Positions 26,632 to 43,084 of a DNA stretch of 64,000 bases are shown here, one piece after another. The stretch's first letter is position 1, and each line of letters begins with the position of its first letter. The stretch is taken from the NCBI GenBank assembly GCA_964016885.1, contig OZ024742.1, positions 25,482,001 through 25,546,000 on the forward strand. Reading direction: 5' to 3'. The notes beneath the pieces are model-generated. The model was given only the letters and a program-made list of their open reading frames with translations. It had not been told where the DNA came from and did not search any database. The DNA is from Eledone cirrhosa. Its lineage: Eukaryota. Position numbers and translations under genes: made by a program.

Positions 26632-26668
<37 letters not shown>

Positions 26669-26765
26669 TATGTATATATATCCCTATATATATATGAACC
26701 TTGACGTAGATTTAACCCCAAACACTCTTTCCGAGCAATGTAAGGAACACTTTTGATTATTTATG

Positions 26766-26802
26766 CCCTTGAGAAGCCCAACCGGGCGAAACGTACGTAG
26801 GT
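26766..26802 (+). ncRNA. Minimal hammerhead, U3-A8 variant, stem I degraded
   Basis: cc-TTGAGAA-gccc aacc gggc-GAAA-cgtacg-TA-gg within a ~165-bp insert between TA tracts. Confidence 0.65.
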
Positions 26803-26857
26803 GCTGTTTTAAAAAACATGTTTTAACGGTCTATTCTCCGATTTCTTGCTTTCCCAC

Positions 26858-26906
<49 letters not shown>

Positions 26907-27143
26907 TGTATGTATTTCTATTTCTATATATACAAGTATATATACATAATTATATATATAATTATAATTCGGGTTGTTTGTTTACAAACCAACCGAACAT
27001 TATAATAAATGTTCGGTAAACCCATACGTACATATGTATATGTGTGCATGTATGTGTGTATATACATACTACTGTACGTCTGTATGTACGTATACATACT
27101 TATATATAATTATATATATATATATACATAAATATTTATAATC

Positions 27144-27179
<36 letters not shown>

Positions 27180-28049
27180 TGGCTGCCAACTCGTTTTCGA
27201 GTACGGCCACTACTTTATATCCATGTAGAAGAACCCTTACCGATGCAATGAACGAGTGTGACTTTTTAGTCCAGCCAGCGACTTGAAAACTCTGGTACAA
27301 ACACTACACTTGTGACAATTATTGACACATAGGGCTGGGCCCATGGTACCATGTGACGACAAGTGCAGAGAGATCTCCAGATATAAAGCAATGCCTGTGC
27401 CGTGAAGCTTTTATAGTGAGCAAAGGCACTCCCACTCTCTTAACCAAGATGATATTTACCAAAAAGAAGAACAAGTCAACATCATTGGATACCATCAGAG
27501 TTGCAGGTGTTATATCAGAGTTTTCCTTCTCCTATATATATGTGTCAGTTTGTACCTATATGCTGAAATATTATTTTATACGTGTGAATATTTTCGGTGT
27601 TATCATTTCAGCTGTATACATATATATTATTTTTTATTAATGTAATTACATACATACTTACGTAATCCATAGCGTTGAGCTCAGTCACGTTGATGGATGC
27701 ATTTATAACTGTAGTCCCTGATACGAAACAATGATGGAAGGGAATGGATTACAGGATTTATTCGTTGCTCTGCTGAATCAGATGCACTCTAATAATATAT
27801 AACAATCATAAATATTTCCAGTTAACTGTTATCCATTTGAGGCGAGATATATGGCATAAACAAGGTTCGGCTTTGTAGCTGGAATTTGTATTTAAAAATG
27901 AAAACCACCCGCTATCACTCTCTCATGCCAAACGCGGTAAAATGCAAGTATTTAGTTTTACTGACTAAGTGTTAAACTAATATATTTCTTTAATGTACTA
28001 GTTCATTTGCTTTGTTAATTTTGTTTATTTAAAAACATATATATAAAAA

Positions 28050-28348
28050 TAAACACCCCTTTGGTGATAAATGACCATGGGATTTGAACTCCGAGCACAA
28101 GTTCGCGCATAGTTGTTTATGGAAAACCAGCAATCGTCCATGCACACCAACCTCCCCTGTACAGGGAATGGCAAAGGCCGTTACAGCTTAACGTCAGTGA
28201 CGTCACAACTAATTCCACAGCTGAGTGAACTGGAGCAACGTAAAATAAAGGGACTTACCCAAGGACAAAGCGCATCTCCCGGTCCGAGTATCGAACTCAC
28301 AACCTCCTGATTGCAAGCCCAATGTTCTAACCATGAAGCTATGCGCCT
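28050..28348 (-). mobile_element. tRNA-derived SINE family 2
   Basis: Reverse-complement similarity to 32809-33130; B box gagttcgatact. Confidence 0.7.
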
Positions 28349-28669
28349 ATATATATATATATATACACACACACGTACACGCACACACACACACACATAT
28401 TTACTTACAGTCATATAAAAATGTTGTTGCACATCCTTAGATTCCACTTTTATATTTTACCTCTTCTAGCCGGTGGGCTTTATCCATACTGCAGCACCGC
28501 CATTGTTGCTACAATTTCTATAGCTGTAGCACATAGGTTGGCCATTGATGGCCTCATCATGTTTGTCTTAAAACGACGTCCCCCATCACAATCTCAAGCA
28601 ACATCAGCACCTTTACAAACAAGAATAACACTAACATTGTTTTCAATTTTTTTCGAATATCTGCAACAT

Positions 28670-28835
28670 GTTGGGAGGGAAAAATCAATTAAATCGAGCC
28701 ATTGTTTGACTTGTAGTTTATTTTATCGACCCTCGAAGTATGAAAGCAAAGTTAGCTTCGGGTTGATTTGAACTCAGAGTGTAAGAAGAAATTTGCAGGT
28801 TATTTTCATTGACGCTCTAACGGCTTTACCATTAG
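28670..28835 (-). mobile_element. SINE family 1, degraded
   Basis: ttttatcgacc..gatttgaactcag core. Confidence 0.65.
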
Positions 28836-29646
28836 TTAAAATAATAACTTATGGCTGTGGCAATGAATATCACTGGCTGTTCTCTGCAAGAAAACTCTCG
28901 CTATCTTGTCCGTGGGTGTGCAGCCTAGATATTCCAACTTACCAAGTCCATAACACTATTTATGTTTTAAATTATTTAATCTCACCATTTCATCATTCTC
29001 TTTCTGCATTTATATTATTTTAATCATTTTTCACGTTCATTCATCATTGTATACTTCGTTTTGTACATAGTGAAATAACAAATTCAATACTATATCTTTC
29101 GTTAAATCTCATAAATTTGTCCTTTTAATGTGAAGTGTTGAAGAAATTTCACACATTTTCTTCAAACGCTAAAATAGAATTGCATATTCTGCACAGTAAA
29201 ATTATAAAAAAAACTACCAAAGTAAACCAGAAACGAATAGAAAACACAAAACAAAACAAAGAAACAAAATCAGGTGAAAAGGTATATGAGTACATTCATT
29301 TTCAGTCAGTAGCCAACATGACACCTCCACCAAGGACAAAATACAAACACAATATATATATATATCACCGGCGGGCGGTTGTTGAGATTTTAGTTTAGGA
29401 TGTCAGATTGTTTCACGAGAAGACATCCGTCAAAAAGTCTTGTTATTCATTTATGTAGGAATGACAGCTACAATATCTAGAGATTTATTATTGTGTCCGT
29501 TAAAGAATTTGGGTTAAGTGGAAAAACATTATTATCATACATACACATATATATATTTATGCATATGTGTGTGAGTATATATATATATATATATATACGC
29601 TTATGCACACATATTTATTTATGCATATTGATTTATATATTTATAA

Positions 29647-29695
<49 letters not shown>

Positions 29696-30469
29696 AATAA
29701 ATGGGTGTAATTTGATTTTCTTTAAAATTCGTTTCGTAAACAACTCAGTAATGCCAATTTACGAAAAACAAAGCTGTGTATGTATATATAAATATATTAT
29801 ACATCTATAAACATGTGTATAATATATATATATATATAGAGAGAGAGAGATAGATAGATATGGATATAGATATATGTACATACACACACGCACACATATA
29901 CATAAATATGTATGTATGTGTGTGTGTATGTATATATATGTGTGTGTGTGTGTGTATGTATATGTGTGTGTGTGTGTATGATGCATCATAGTAAGTGCTT
30001 AATTATATATTCTGTCTTCTCATTTTGTCACGTATTTCAACGCAATGTTTTATGTTATCAACTGTCTTATATATTTGAGCATCACTAAATCGATGTATGC
30101 TTCTTCAATTATCTTCTCTGTCTTTTACTCGATGAATGAAAATATTTCTTTTCTTATTTTCGTCTGTGATATTTGCAGAAGCAATCTTTATAGAAATATT
30201 AAGGAACTCGTCATCGGTGGGGAATGCCTATATTAAATGCACAATAGGATCGTTAAATTGATTCTCTACAGAAGTAAAATCCTTGTGAAAATTTATGACG
30301 TAAATGTGAAGAAAAGTTGAATTTAATAAGTTTTGATTTGAATTTGCACCTTTTTCAATAATTTTTTTCTGAGCTATTTAGTAGGATGGGAATAATTATT
30401 GACAGTCTATGTAGGTATCCAGCTGTAACTCTTGCTTGTATCTTAGGGGCGCCGTCGTAACACATTATG

Positions 30470-30612
30470 TATGTATAGTTACGTCCCTTTACGATCTGAG
30501 TTCAAATCTCGCCGAGGTTAACTTTGCCTTTCATCCTTACGGGGTCGATAAAATAAAGTACCAGTAATGCACTGGGTAATTGCTGGCCTTGTGCCAAAAG
30601 TAGAAACAATTA
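30470..30612 (+). mobile_element. SINE family 1, 5' truncated
   Basis: B box and central motif present. Confidence 0.8.
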
Positions 30613-31214
30613 TGTATAGGCTATATAAAGCTTGGTGGTTTTATATAACAAAGCTGATTTCTTCTACAGAGAGAGTGACAGAGAGAGAGAGAGAGAGAGA
30701 AAGAAAAGGGTGCCGAAGAACAATCGATCCCATTACTGGACTGGTTCTTCATTTATCGATCTGGAAAGGATGAAATCCAAAGTCGACCTCTATAGAATTT
30801 GAATTCTGAGTGCCGTGAGTCCGAACATATATAGCGGCATTTTAAATCCAACGCCGTATGGAGTTTCTGGGGCGTCTTGAGCATTTACAATATATTTGAG
30901 CTGTCGGTCTTCAGATCTGAACAAAGGCAATTTTTTGGAGGACATAAGGAAGAGTAATGGAGGGAGAATCGATCCCCAGTACCTGATTAAAGTCTGTCTG
31001 TCTTAAGCCAGAACATTTAACTTATAATAATAGTAAAGAAAAAATGGAAGAGAAAAAGAACTCTTAATATTCCTCAGATGTATAGAATTTGAAGGAAACA
31101 CTGTCAAAAATGGAGAAAAATGATAGAAACCACGACATTATGATCGCAAATCTAACACTCTTACCACTAGACCACATGCCTCCGAGTACTGGGCTGGTGC
31201 TTCTTTATAGATCT

Positions 31215-31742
31215 TTAAATAATTGTTTCTACTTTAAGCACAAGGCCATCAATTACCCAGTGCATTACTGGTACTTTATTTTATCGACCCCGTAAGGATG
31301 AAAGGCAAAGTCAACCTCGGCGGGATTTGAACTCAGATCGTAAAGGGACGCAACTATGCTGGAAAGCATGGCGTCCGACCCTCTACCGATACTGCCAATT
31401 CACCGCCCAATAGATCTTTAAATAATTGTTTCTACTTTAGACACAAGGCCAGCAATTACCCAGTACATTACTGGTACTTTATTTTATCGACCCCGTAAGG
31501 ATGAAAGGCAAAGTTAACCTCGGCGGGATTTGAACTCAGATCATAAAGGGAGGTAACTCTATGCTTCAAAGCATGGTGTCCGACTCTCTACCGATACTGC
31601 CAATCCACCGCCCAGATAGATCTTTAAATAATGAAAGGCAAAGTTGCCCTCATCGGGATGTGAACACAGAGCGCAGAGAATCGTAATGGATGTTGTAAAG
31701 TATACTATCCGACCTTTTAATGATTCTGCTAATTCACCACCT
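31215..31742 (-). mobile_element. Tandem SINE family 1 copies (~2.5)
   Basis: agatctttaaataat recurs at 31210, 31412 and 31619. Confidence 0.85.
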
Positions 31743-32032
31743 TAATTATAGACACTACTATTATTAAAAAAGAATGTTTACGATACATTGATTAAAATAA
31801 TGTTCTAAGACAAAGACAAATAGGCGATAGTTACAATTATGCCGGAAGCTAGGACTTCAAAATTCCGTTAAGAATTAACATAAACATTATTTTCTTTGTG
31901 AATTTAAATAGACGAAAAGATTAAATTTTAATAAAATTTAACTTTCTTTTAAACAAACCAAACTTTTGGAAAAAAATTTCCTTTTCTCTTAGGCTTGCAT
32001 GTCTCTCTCCTACTTTCTCTCACGCACACATG

Positions 32033-32070
<38 letters not shown>

Positions 32071-32075
<5 letters not shown>

Positions 32076-32250
32076 TGCTTTGGGAGGGTCATGTTGCCAA
32101 TAAGAAACACACGCACCAGTTACTTTCACTCCAATTTATTATAAATTGTGTGTTTCTTATTGGCAACATGACCCTCCCAAAGCATAACAATATCGGTTTC
32201 AACACACGTTTTCAGATAAAATTCTTGCTAAACAAATTCAGAAACGAAAT
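32071..32250. mobile_element. Fold-back fragment in (TA)n; 3' end shared with ~21965-21995
   Basis: Inverted arms ~32072-32112 and ~32149-32188; tail tcttgctaaacaaattcaga.acgaaat. Confidence 0.7.
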
Positions 32251-32260
32251 ATATATATAT

Positions 32261-32293
<33 letters not shown>

Positions 32294-32339
32294 ATATATC
32301 TAAAAGTCTAAAGTCTGTCTTATGCCAGAAGATTCATTT

Positions 32340-32545
32340 GGCCGGTGCTTATCCCGGTTTTATAGCGCGAAGCGACTGAGAGTACAAGACTCCCCCTGGA
32401 CAAGACGCCAGTCCATCGCAGGGTTAAACCTCCACCAAATGCTGGTACTCATTTCCAGCTGAGTACACTGGAGCAACGTGAAATGAAGTGTTTTAACTCA
32501 AGAACACAACACGCAACCCAGGAACCCACGACATTATGATCGTAA
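32340..32545 (-). mobile_element. SINE related to family 2
   Basis: cagctgagt..actggagcaacgtgaaatgaagtg..ctcaagaacacaac matches ~28218-28272. Confidence 0.6.
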
Positions 32546-32808
32546 GTCTTCTATATATATATACATACACACATAAGGTTGTGCGTGTGTTCAGGAATGA
32601 CATTATAAGGAATCCAATTCAGTTGATTGTAATCCCATATTCTTCATGATATTTCCGCATGTAAATTTGAAAGCTACCTCTAATTATTTGATTTATTATT
32701 CTGATTAATGTAACTGAAGTGAAAAGTAGTTGGTGTGTACGTTTTGATTGCAAATTTGACTCTTACGAAATACATCTTGCAAAGCCCTCGTGCTCAAATA
32801 CATACACC

Positions 32809-33130
32809 TGGGGCATGGCTTAGTTGTTAGAGCGTTGGGCTTGCAATTGAGAGGTTGGTAGTTCGATTCTCAGACCAGGTGATACGTTGTGTCCTTGAGT
32901 AAGATACTTTATTTCTCGTTGCTCCACTTTACTCATCTGTAGAATTGCGCTGCGACGTCACTTGTGCGGAGTTGTATCGGCTATTTCCTTTTCCCTTGAA
33001 CAACATCCATGGTATGGAAATGCGAGACTGGTATGCATGACTAACTGCTGATCATACACACACAACCTTGCTTCGGAGGGGTACTTTCTAACCAGAAATA
33101 CCACGGTCACTCTTGACCGTAGGTGTTTTT
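32809..33130 (+). mobile_element. tRNA-derived SINE family 2
   Basis: A box tggcttagttg, B box agttcgattc, central gtgtccttgagtaagatacttt. Confidence 0.75.
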
Positions 33131-33159
33131 TACACCCCCCTCTCTCTCTGTGTCTCTTT

Positions 33160-33205
<46 letters not shown>

Positions 33206-34123
33206 GTGTTTGTGAATTTATGAATGGCTTAGTGAATCTCAGGTTCACAGGCCTACTGACCATAGATTAAGTTGAAAACCAACAGTGAGGAATAGGAAGG
33301 ACATTGTTATATCCTTCATTGTATTATTGAGTCCTTTATTTGATATGCTGCTTCTCTTCCATTCAGGTTAATTCCTAGTAAATACGGTCATAATTCCCTT
33401 AATTTTAGTTAATTTTAGTACTGGTGAATTCTATTATAAGAATATTTTTCCAATATCATTGTTTATGCACTATGCTGTTCATTTCTCTTTTCAAGGTATT
33501 GCCGACCTAATATTCAATATTATTGATGACAACTGGTAACACTTCTTTGTATTTGAAAAATTCTATTCAAAAAATTTCCAGCATCACTGTTTCTACACAG
33601 TTGTGTTCAAACGACTTCTGAATGTTTTTTGCTGATCACTGCAACTCTCTAACACATGAAATTTTATTACGAGTTCCTGTCAACTCACTGTAAATCTTCC
33701 ACATTAACATTTTCTATTCTCCCTTTATAGGTTAATTCAATATTATTGATGACATCCGCTATTATTTCCTTGTCAAATTCCAGGAAGCCATTGCTGGTTA
33801 CTGATCTTATCTTTCTTCAAACATTTTTCATGCAGTTCTCGGTTATTTTATTTCAGTGTTCATTGATATAATGTAGGATCTTCCTAGTAAGGTAACATTT
33901 CTAAAGATCCCCGAGGTATGGTTTATCTTGGTGATATGTTTCTTGAAAAATCTGTTTCTTAAAAAATCTGTTTAAGAAATGTAACGAAAGTAATATACCT
34001 TGATATTAATATTTACACCCTGATACGTGAGTTGCAGTACGCGGGTGTTGTTTACTTACAAAGAATTTCAAGATTGAATGGTGTGTATATTCTATGTGTA
34101 ACATAACGTATTATTAAGTATCT

Positions 34124-34880
34124 AAGGGTGGTGGATTGGCAGTATCGGTAGAGGGTCGGACGTCATGCTTTGCAGCAAAGAGTTACGGCCCTTTATGGTC
34201 TGAGTTTAAATCCCGCCGAGGTTAACTTTGCATTTCATCCTTACGGGGTCGATAAACTAAAGTACCAGTAATGAACTGGTTAATTGCTGATATTGGTGCC
34301 AAAGTAGAAACACTTATTAAGTATCTTTACATTTTGAGTTGAAATCTTGCCGAGGTTAGTTTTACTTGTCATTTCGATAAAATAAAGTACCAGTAACGCA
34401 CTGGGTTATTGCTGGCCTTGTGCCTAAAGTAGAAACAATTATTACATCTGGCAGTATCGGTAGAGGGTCGGACGACATTCTTTGACGCATTGAGTTACGG
34501 CCCTTGCAATTCTGAGTTCAAATCCCGCCGAGGTTAACTTTGCCTTTCATCTTTACGGGGTCGATAAAATAAAGTACCAGTAATGCACTGGGTATTTGCT
34601 GGCCTTGTGCCAAATGTAGAAACAATTATTACATATGGACTGGCAGTATCGGTAGCGGGTCTGAGTTCAAATCCAGTCGAGGTTAACTTTGCCTTTCATC
34701 CTTACGGGGCCGATAAAATAAAATACCAGTAATGCACTGGGTGATTGCTGGCCTTGTGCCAAATTTAGAAACAATTATTACATGGTTGCTAAAATAAAGC
34801 ACCAGAAATGCACTGGGGCAGATGAAATCGACTTTCCTCTCCCCTAAATTGTTGACCTTGGGCTAAATCAGAAACTTTTA
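34124..34880 (+). mobile_element. Head-to-tail array of ~5 full or partial SINE family 1 copies
   Basis: tggcagtatcggtag at 34137, 34449, 34641; repeated central motif and gtagaaacaattatta end. Confidence 0.88.
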
Positions 34881-34964
34881 TTAATCCTCAACAATTTCCA
34901 TTCAATAATCAAAACAGCTTAAGCTTGAAAGTCGGATTTATATGTAGTAACTATAATATATGTG

Positions 34965-35030
<66 letters not shown>

Positions 35031-35076
35031 GAAATGACAGGAGGCTGGATTTGTGTAAATCCTTGAAAGGTTTATT

Positions 35077-35134
35077 ATACTATGATCATTTAAATGACCG
35101 GGTTCCGTATGAATCCGGTGATATCATCAGGTAT
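35077..35134 (-). ncRNA. Hammerhead motif, core mutated (GAAA>TAAA)
   Basis: Mirror of 38570-38627 with one core substitution. Confidence 0.7.
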
Positions 35135-38100
35135 TCGAAATATTATACGTGAATGTAATAGATAAAATCCATGAGGCTGAAAATCGAGGACCCGAGGGCG
35201 ACCACTATTCTGTTCCTTCAACTTCAGCCGGTCACCCTGGAGTGACGTGGCTAAAGTTTATAGTATGCTACTACCGGTCAGATAAACGAAAACAGAAAGG
35301 GATGGGCACATAAGTTAACGTCGATCTCATGACACTAGGTAAAAGAAAGAAAGAAAGGAAGGAGAGAAGAAGGGGGAAGAAAGAAGACGAGAAGCCAGGT
35401 TTAATGTCAGCTAAAAGAGGAAAAGCAACTACTACCGGCCAGATATAGGCAAGCAAGAGGGGGAAGGAAGATAAGTCTGCGGTAGGAAGACAGGAAGAGG
35501 GGAAAAGAGAAGGAAGAGAAGAGAGAAGTAGAAAAGTAAGGGTTGATGGCTACAAGAAGGAAGATAGAAAGAAAGAGGAAGAGGGGTCGATATTAATGTT
35601 AGACCTCAGTCAGGCCAGGAGTGGCGCGAGAAAATTTTCACAGGGACCCGCATCTTAGCAGAGGTGAATATATTGGGAGTCAGTGTGTTACAGTGTTTAG
35701 ACTTCTAGGATAAAGTTAAAAAAATTAATAATCAATATTCAATATTAAAGCGGTTAGAGAATTTAAAGTTCAACAGTTTAACATTTTATAATATAATAGT
35801 TCCGATTTGTTCTGTAATTTAAAGGTACTATGTGGCGGTTAAAACACCGGCCGCGCCCCGGGCCCCATGGCGAATTAAGCTACGCCGTGTATTTTCATTT
35901 ACCGAAAGAAGGGGAAATTTATTTTTCCGAGCACTCCAGGTGAGCTCGTTCGCCAGGGAGCTGGTCGCGCCGCCATTTAAAACCCACCAAACAGTCCGAC
36001 AGAAAGTTGGAACTTAAAAAATTTGCTTAGAGAAGTAGAAGAGTAATGGTTGATGGCTACAAGAAGGAAGATAGAAAGAGAGAGGAAGGAAGGTCGATAT
36101 TAATGTCACACCCCAGTCGGGCCAGGAGTGGCGCGAGAAAATTTTCACAGGGACCCGCATCTTAGCAGAGGTGAATATATTGGGGGTCAGTGTGTTACAA
36201 TGTTTAGACTTATAGGATGAAGTTAAAAAATTAATAATCAATATTCCATATTAAAGAGGTTAGAAAATTTAAAGCTCAACAGTTTAACACTTTCAGGTTG
36301 ATATATCTAATAGTTCCGATTTGTTCTGTAATTTAAAGGTACTATGTGGCGGTTAAAACACCGGCCGCGCCCCGGGCCCCATGGCGAATTAAGCCACGCC
36401 GAGTATTTTCATTTACCGAAAGAAGGGGAAATTTTCTTTTCCAAGCACTCCAGGTGAGCTCGTTCGCCAGGGAGCTGGTCGCGCCGCCATTAAAACTCAC
36501 CCAACAGTCCGACAGAAAGTTGGAAATTTAGAATTTTGCTTAACTCTATCGGATGAAGTTGAAAGAATTCAGAATAACATTATAAAACTAAGGAGTAAGA
36601 AGATTGAGGATTGAACAAACAGAAAATTGAAGATTAAACATTCAAATAACTTCTATGAGGTTTTGGGTTGCGGGGTTTAATTAAATAGTCTTTTATGAAG
36701 AAACGTTAATTGTATTACGTAGATCTGTAATTTATCCTAGTGGGATGTAGAGTACGGGATATAGTCGTGTAATGTTTAATTTTTGTTCTCAGGAGGAGAC
36801 ATTCTAGTGTCGTGTGCTAATGGGTACAGGTCCCAATGTGAGGAGTAGAAATACATGGATACATAGAAGTGGAATACGTGGAAGAGCCCATTGGTACAGC
36901 AGAGGTATAAATATATAAAGATATCAATATATAGGTATAAACATGTAAATAAACCAACAAGAGTGGTGTTGGAGTAAGATGGAGAAATCAAGACATAGGA
37001 GAATTACAATATAGTTCCGGTTGCAGTATTTATGTTCCCGGGGGGCGGGGGGGGGGAGGCCATCTTGTGTCGTGTGCTACGGGTGCACGCGAGTAAAAGT
37101 CCGAATAAGGGAAGTAAAAAGTACATGGATGTATAGAGGTAGAGTACGTGGAAAGGCATTAATACAGCAAACAAAGATGTGAAGATATAGATAAACAAAC
37201 AATAGTCGTTGTCTATTAAATGTAGAGTTCAAGACACAGGAGAAATACACCTCGAGTGCTTGGAAAAATAAATTTCCCCTTCTTTCGGTAAATGAAAATA
37301 CTCGGCGTGGCTTAATTCGCCATGGGGCCCGGGGCGCGGCCGGTGTTTTAACCGCCACATAGTACCTTTAAATTACAGAACAAATCGGAACTATTAGATA
37401 TATCAACCTGAAAGTGTTAAACTGTTGAGCTTTAAATTTTCTAACCTCTTTAATATGGAATATTGATTATTAATTTTTTAACTTCATCCTATAAGTCTAA
37501 ACGTTGTAACACACTGACCCCCAATATATTCACCTGCTAAGATGCGAGTCCCTGTGAACATTTTCTCGCGCCACTCCTGGCCCGACTGGTGTGTGACATT
37601 AATATCGACCTTCCTTCCTCTCTCTTTCTATCTTCCTTCTTGTAGCCATCAACCATTACTCTTCTACTTCTCTAAGCAAAATTTTTAAGTTCCAACTTTC
37701 TGTCGGACTGTTGGGTGGGTTTTAAATGGCGGCGCGACCAGCTCCCTGGCGAACGAGCTCACCTGGAGTGCTCGGAAAAATAAATTTCCCCTTCTTTCGG
37801 TAAGTGAAAATACTCGGCGTAGCTTAATTCTCCATGGGGCCCGGGGCGCGGCCGGTGTTTTAACCGCCACATAGTACCTTTAAATTACAGAACAAATCGT
37901 AACTATTATATAATAAAATGTTAAACTGTTGAACTTTAAATTCTCTAACCTCTTTAATATTGAATATTGATTATTAATTTTTTTAACTTCATCCTAGAAG
38001 TCTAAACACTGTAACACACTGACTCCCAATATATTCACCTTTGCTAAGATGCGGGTCCCTGTAAAAATTTTCTCGCGCCACTTCTGGCATGACTGAGGTC

Positions 38101-38569
38101 TGACATTAATATTGCCCTCTCTTCCTCTTTCTTTCTATCTTCCTTCTTGTAGCCATCAACCCTTACTTTTCTACTTCTCTCTTCCCTTCCTTCTCTTCTC
38201 CCCTCTTCCTGTCTTCCTCCCACAGACTTATCTTCCTTCCCCCTCTTGCTTGCCTATATCTGACCGGTAGTAGTTGCCTTTCTTCTTTTAGCTGACATTA
38301 AACCTGGCTTCTCGTCTTCTTTCTTCCACCTTCTTCTCTCTCCTTCCTTTCTTTCTTTCTTTTACCTTGTGTCATGAGATTGACGTTAACTTATGTGCCC
38401 ATCCCTTTCTGTTTTCGTTTATCTGACCGGTAGTAGCATACTATAAACTTTAGCCACGTCACTCCAGGGTGACCGGCTGAAGTTCAAGGAACAGAATAGT
38501 GGTCGCCCTCGGGTCCTCGATTTTCAGCCCCATGGATTTTATCTATTACATTCACGTATTATATTTCGA

Positions 38570-38627
38570 ATACCTGATGATATCACCGGATTCATACGGA
38601 ACCCGGTCATTGAAATGATCATAGTAT
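38570..38627 (+). ncRNA. Type I hammerhead motif
   Basis: atac-CTGATGA-t atcaccgg..ccggtcat t-GAAA-tgatca-TA-gtat. Confidence 0.82.
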
Positions 38628-38887
38628 AATAAACCTTTCAAGGATTTACACAAATCAGGCCTCCTGTCATTTCATTATAATATTTAACTCCGTAATAGCC
38701 CCACCAACTACAAAATCAAAGACGGTGAACTGTCTTACGTTGAGTACTCTCTATATTATTGCATTACGATTGACCATACGGAATAGATCAGCTCTATACA
38801 GTGGTGAACCTCAAACCTGAATATATATATATATATATATATATATGATATTAAATAAACGGAAACTATATTTATAAAGCCATATTT

Positions 38888-38952
38888 ATTTTATTATATA
38901 TATTTTAGGGATATCATATTAACAATATGTTATGCCTTCATCAGACAAAATA
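38888..38952 (-). ncRNA. Hammerhead motif, core mutated (GAAA>AAAA)
   Basis: Mirror of 39108-39173. Confidence 0.65.
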
Positions 38953-39107
38953 CAATATAAACAGTCTTATAAATAAATAGATATGACATACCTTTCAATC
39001 GACTTGCATTTGGGAAGTTGATTTGGCAGACTGCCAAATCAACTTCCCAAATGCAAGTCGATTGAAAGGTATGTCATATCTATTTATTTATAAGACTGTT
39101 TATATTG

Positions 39108-39173
39108 TATTTTGTCTGATGAAGGCATAACATATTGTTAATATGATATCCCTGAAATATATATAATGAAATA
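39108..39173 (+). ncRNA. Type I hammerhead motif
   Basis: tattttgt-CTGATGA-agg..catatt gtt aatatg..cct-GAAA-tatata-TA-atgaaata. Confidence 0.85.
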
Positions 39174-39306
39174 AATATGGCTTTATAAATATAGTTTCCA
39201 TTTATTTAATATCATAAATATACTCCAAATACTTGTTGAGTGCTTTTATATCAGTTATAAATATTTACTCGTTGTTAACCCAACAATTTAAATATAACTT
39301 TCCATG

Positions 39307-39534
<228 letters not shown>

Positions 39535-39535
39535 T

Positions 39536-39675
<140 letters not shown>

Positions 39676-39728
39676 ATATATTAGTGAAAAAGAACAAAGG
39701 AACTATTATGACATTATAACAAGTTTAT

Positions 39729-39775
39729 TGCCGACAGCCGTTTCGTCCGACCACATGGTCGGGCTTTTCAAGGCA
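39729..39775 (-). ncRNA. Type I hammerhead, U3-A8 variant, in a ~320-bp insert (39682-40002)
   Basis: tgcc-TTGAAAA-gcccgacc atgt ggtcggac-GAAA-cggctg-TC-ggca. Confidence 0.82.
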
Positions 39776-40002
39776 TATAACATGTGATTGTAAGATCATT
39801 ATTTACATCAACGTATCACTCAAGGCTAGCAGTTTGAAATTGTGGTATACATCAGCAACTCCGCTTGTATAGTTGGGGTCTATATTCTAAGGGGGCTCTT
39901 TTATATTAGTTGTCGGGTCAGGGATTGAAGTTTACAAATTAGATAATATATAATTTACGCATTAACAGTAAACTAAAAGACTTGGAGTCCCGTAGAAGCA
40001 CC

Positions 40003-40160
<158 letters not shown>

Positions 40161-40246
40161 ATTTATATATATATATATATTTATATAAATATATATATAT
40201 ATTATATATATATATTTATATAAATATATATATATATATATATATT

Positions 40247-43084
<2,838 letters not shown>

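Larger units (their letters stand above)
22017..26640 (-). mobile_element. Penelope-like element (probably Hydra clade) with 1.36-kb inverted pseudo-LTR, inserted in (TA)n
   Basis: 22108-23473 is inverted at 25273-26637; RT + GIY-YIG frame; HHR near the 3' end. Confidence 0.92.
35028..38820. mobile_element. 3.8-kb palindromic non-coding HHR element with internal ~514-bp tandem duplication
   Basis: Left arm ~35028-36449 is inverted at ~37255-38679; the same short ORF recurs at 35832 and 36346; unique 3' tail 38680-38820 matches 3563-3705 reversed. Confidence 0.9.
38845..39303. mobile_element. Near-perfect ~370-bp palindrome plus 3' tail; end of the PLE family at 50262-52718
   Basis: Centre ggcag-a-ctgcc at ~39031; arms match 50262-50410 and 52480-52718. 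Confidence 0.88.

Noticed and set aside
25636-26640. SECIS element for the UGA-containing PLE ORF
   Set aside because: The ATGA at ~26432 lacks the apical AA at the expected spacing; no candidate convincing by eye
32110-32135. Hammerhead in the 32071-32250 fold-back
   Set aside because: GAAA-gtaac on the minus strand is followed by TG and there is no upstream core
33230-33900. Possible decayed non-LTR retrotransposon ORF on the minus strand
   Set aside because: Only a vague compositional impression with many stops; no diagnostic motif
35832-37870. Repeated MAVKTPAAPRAPWR ORFs as a gene family
   Set aside because: Short GTG-start ORFs, antisense to the HHR, repeated only because the element is duplicated
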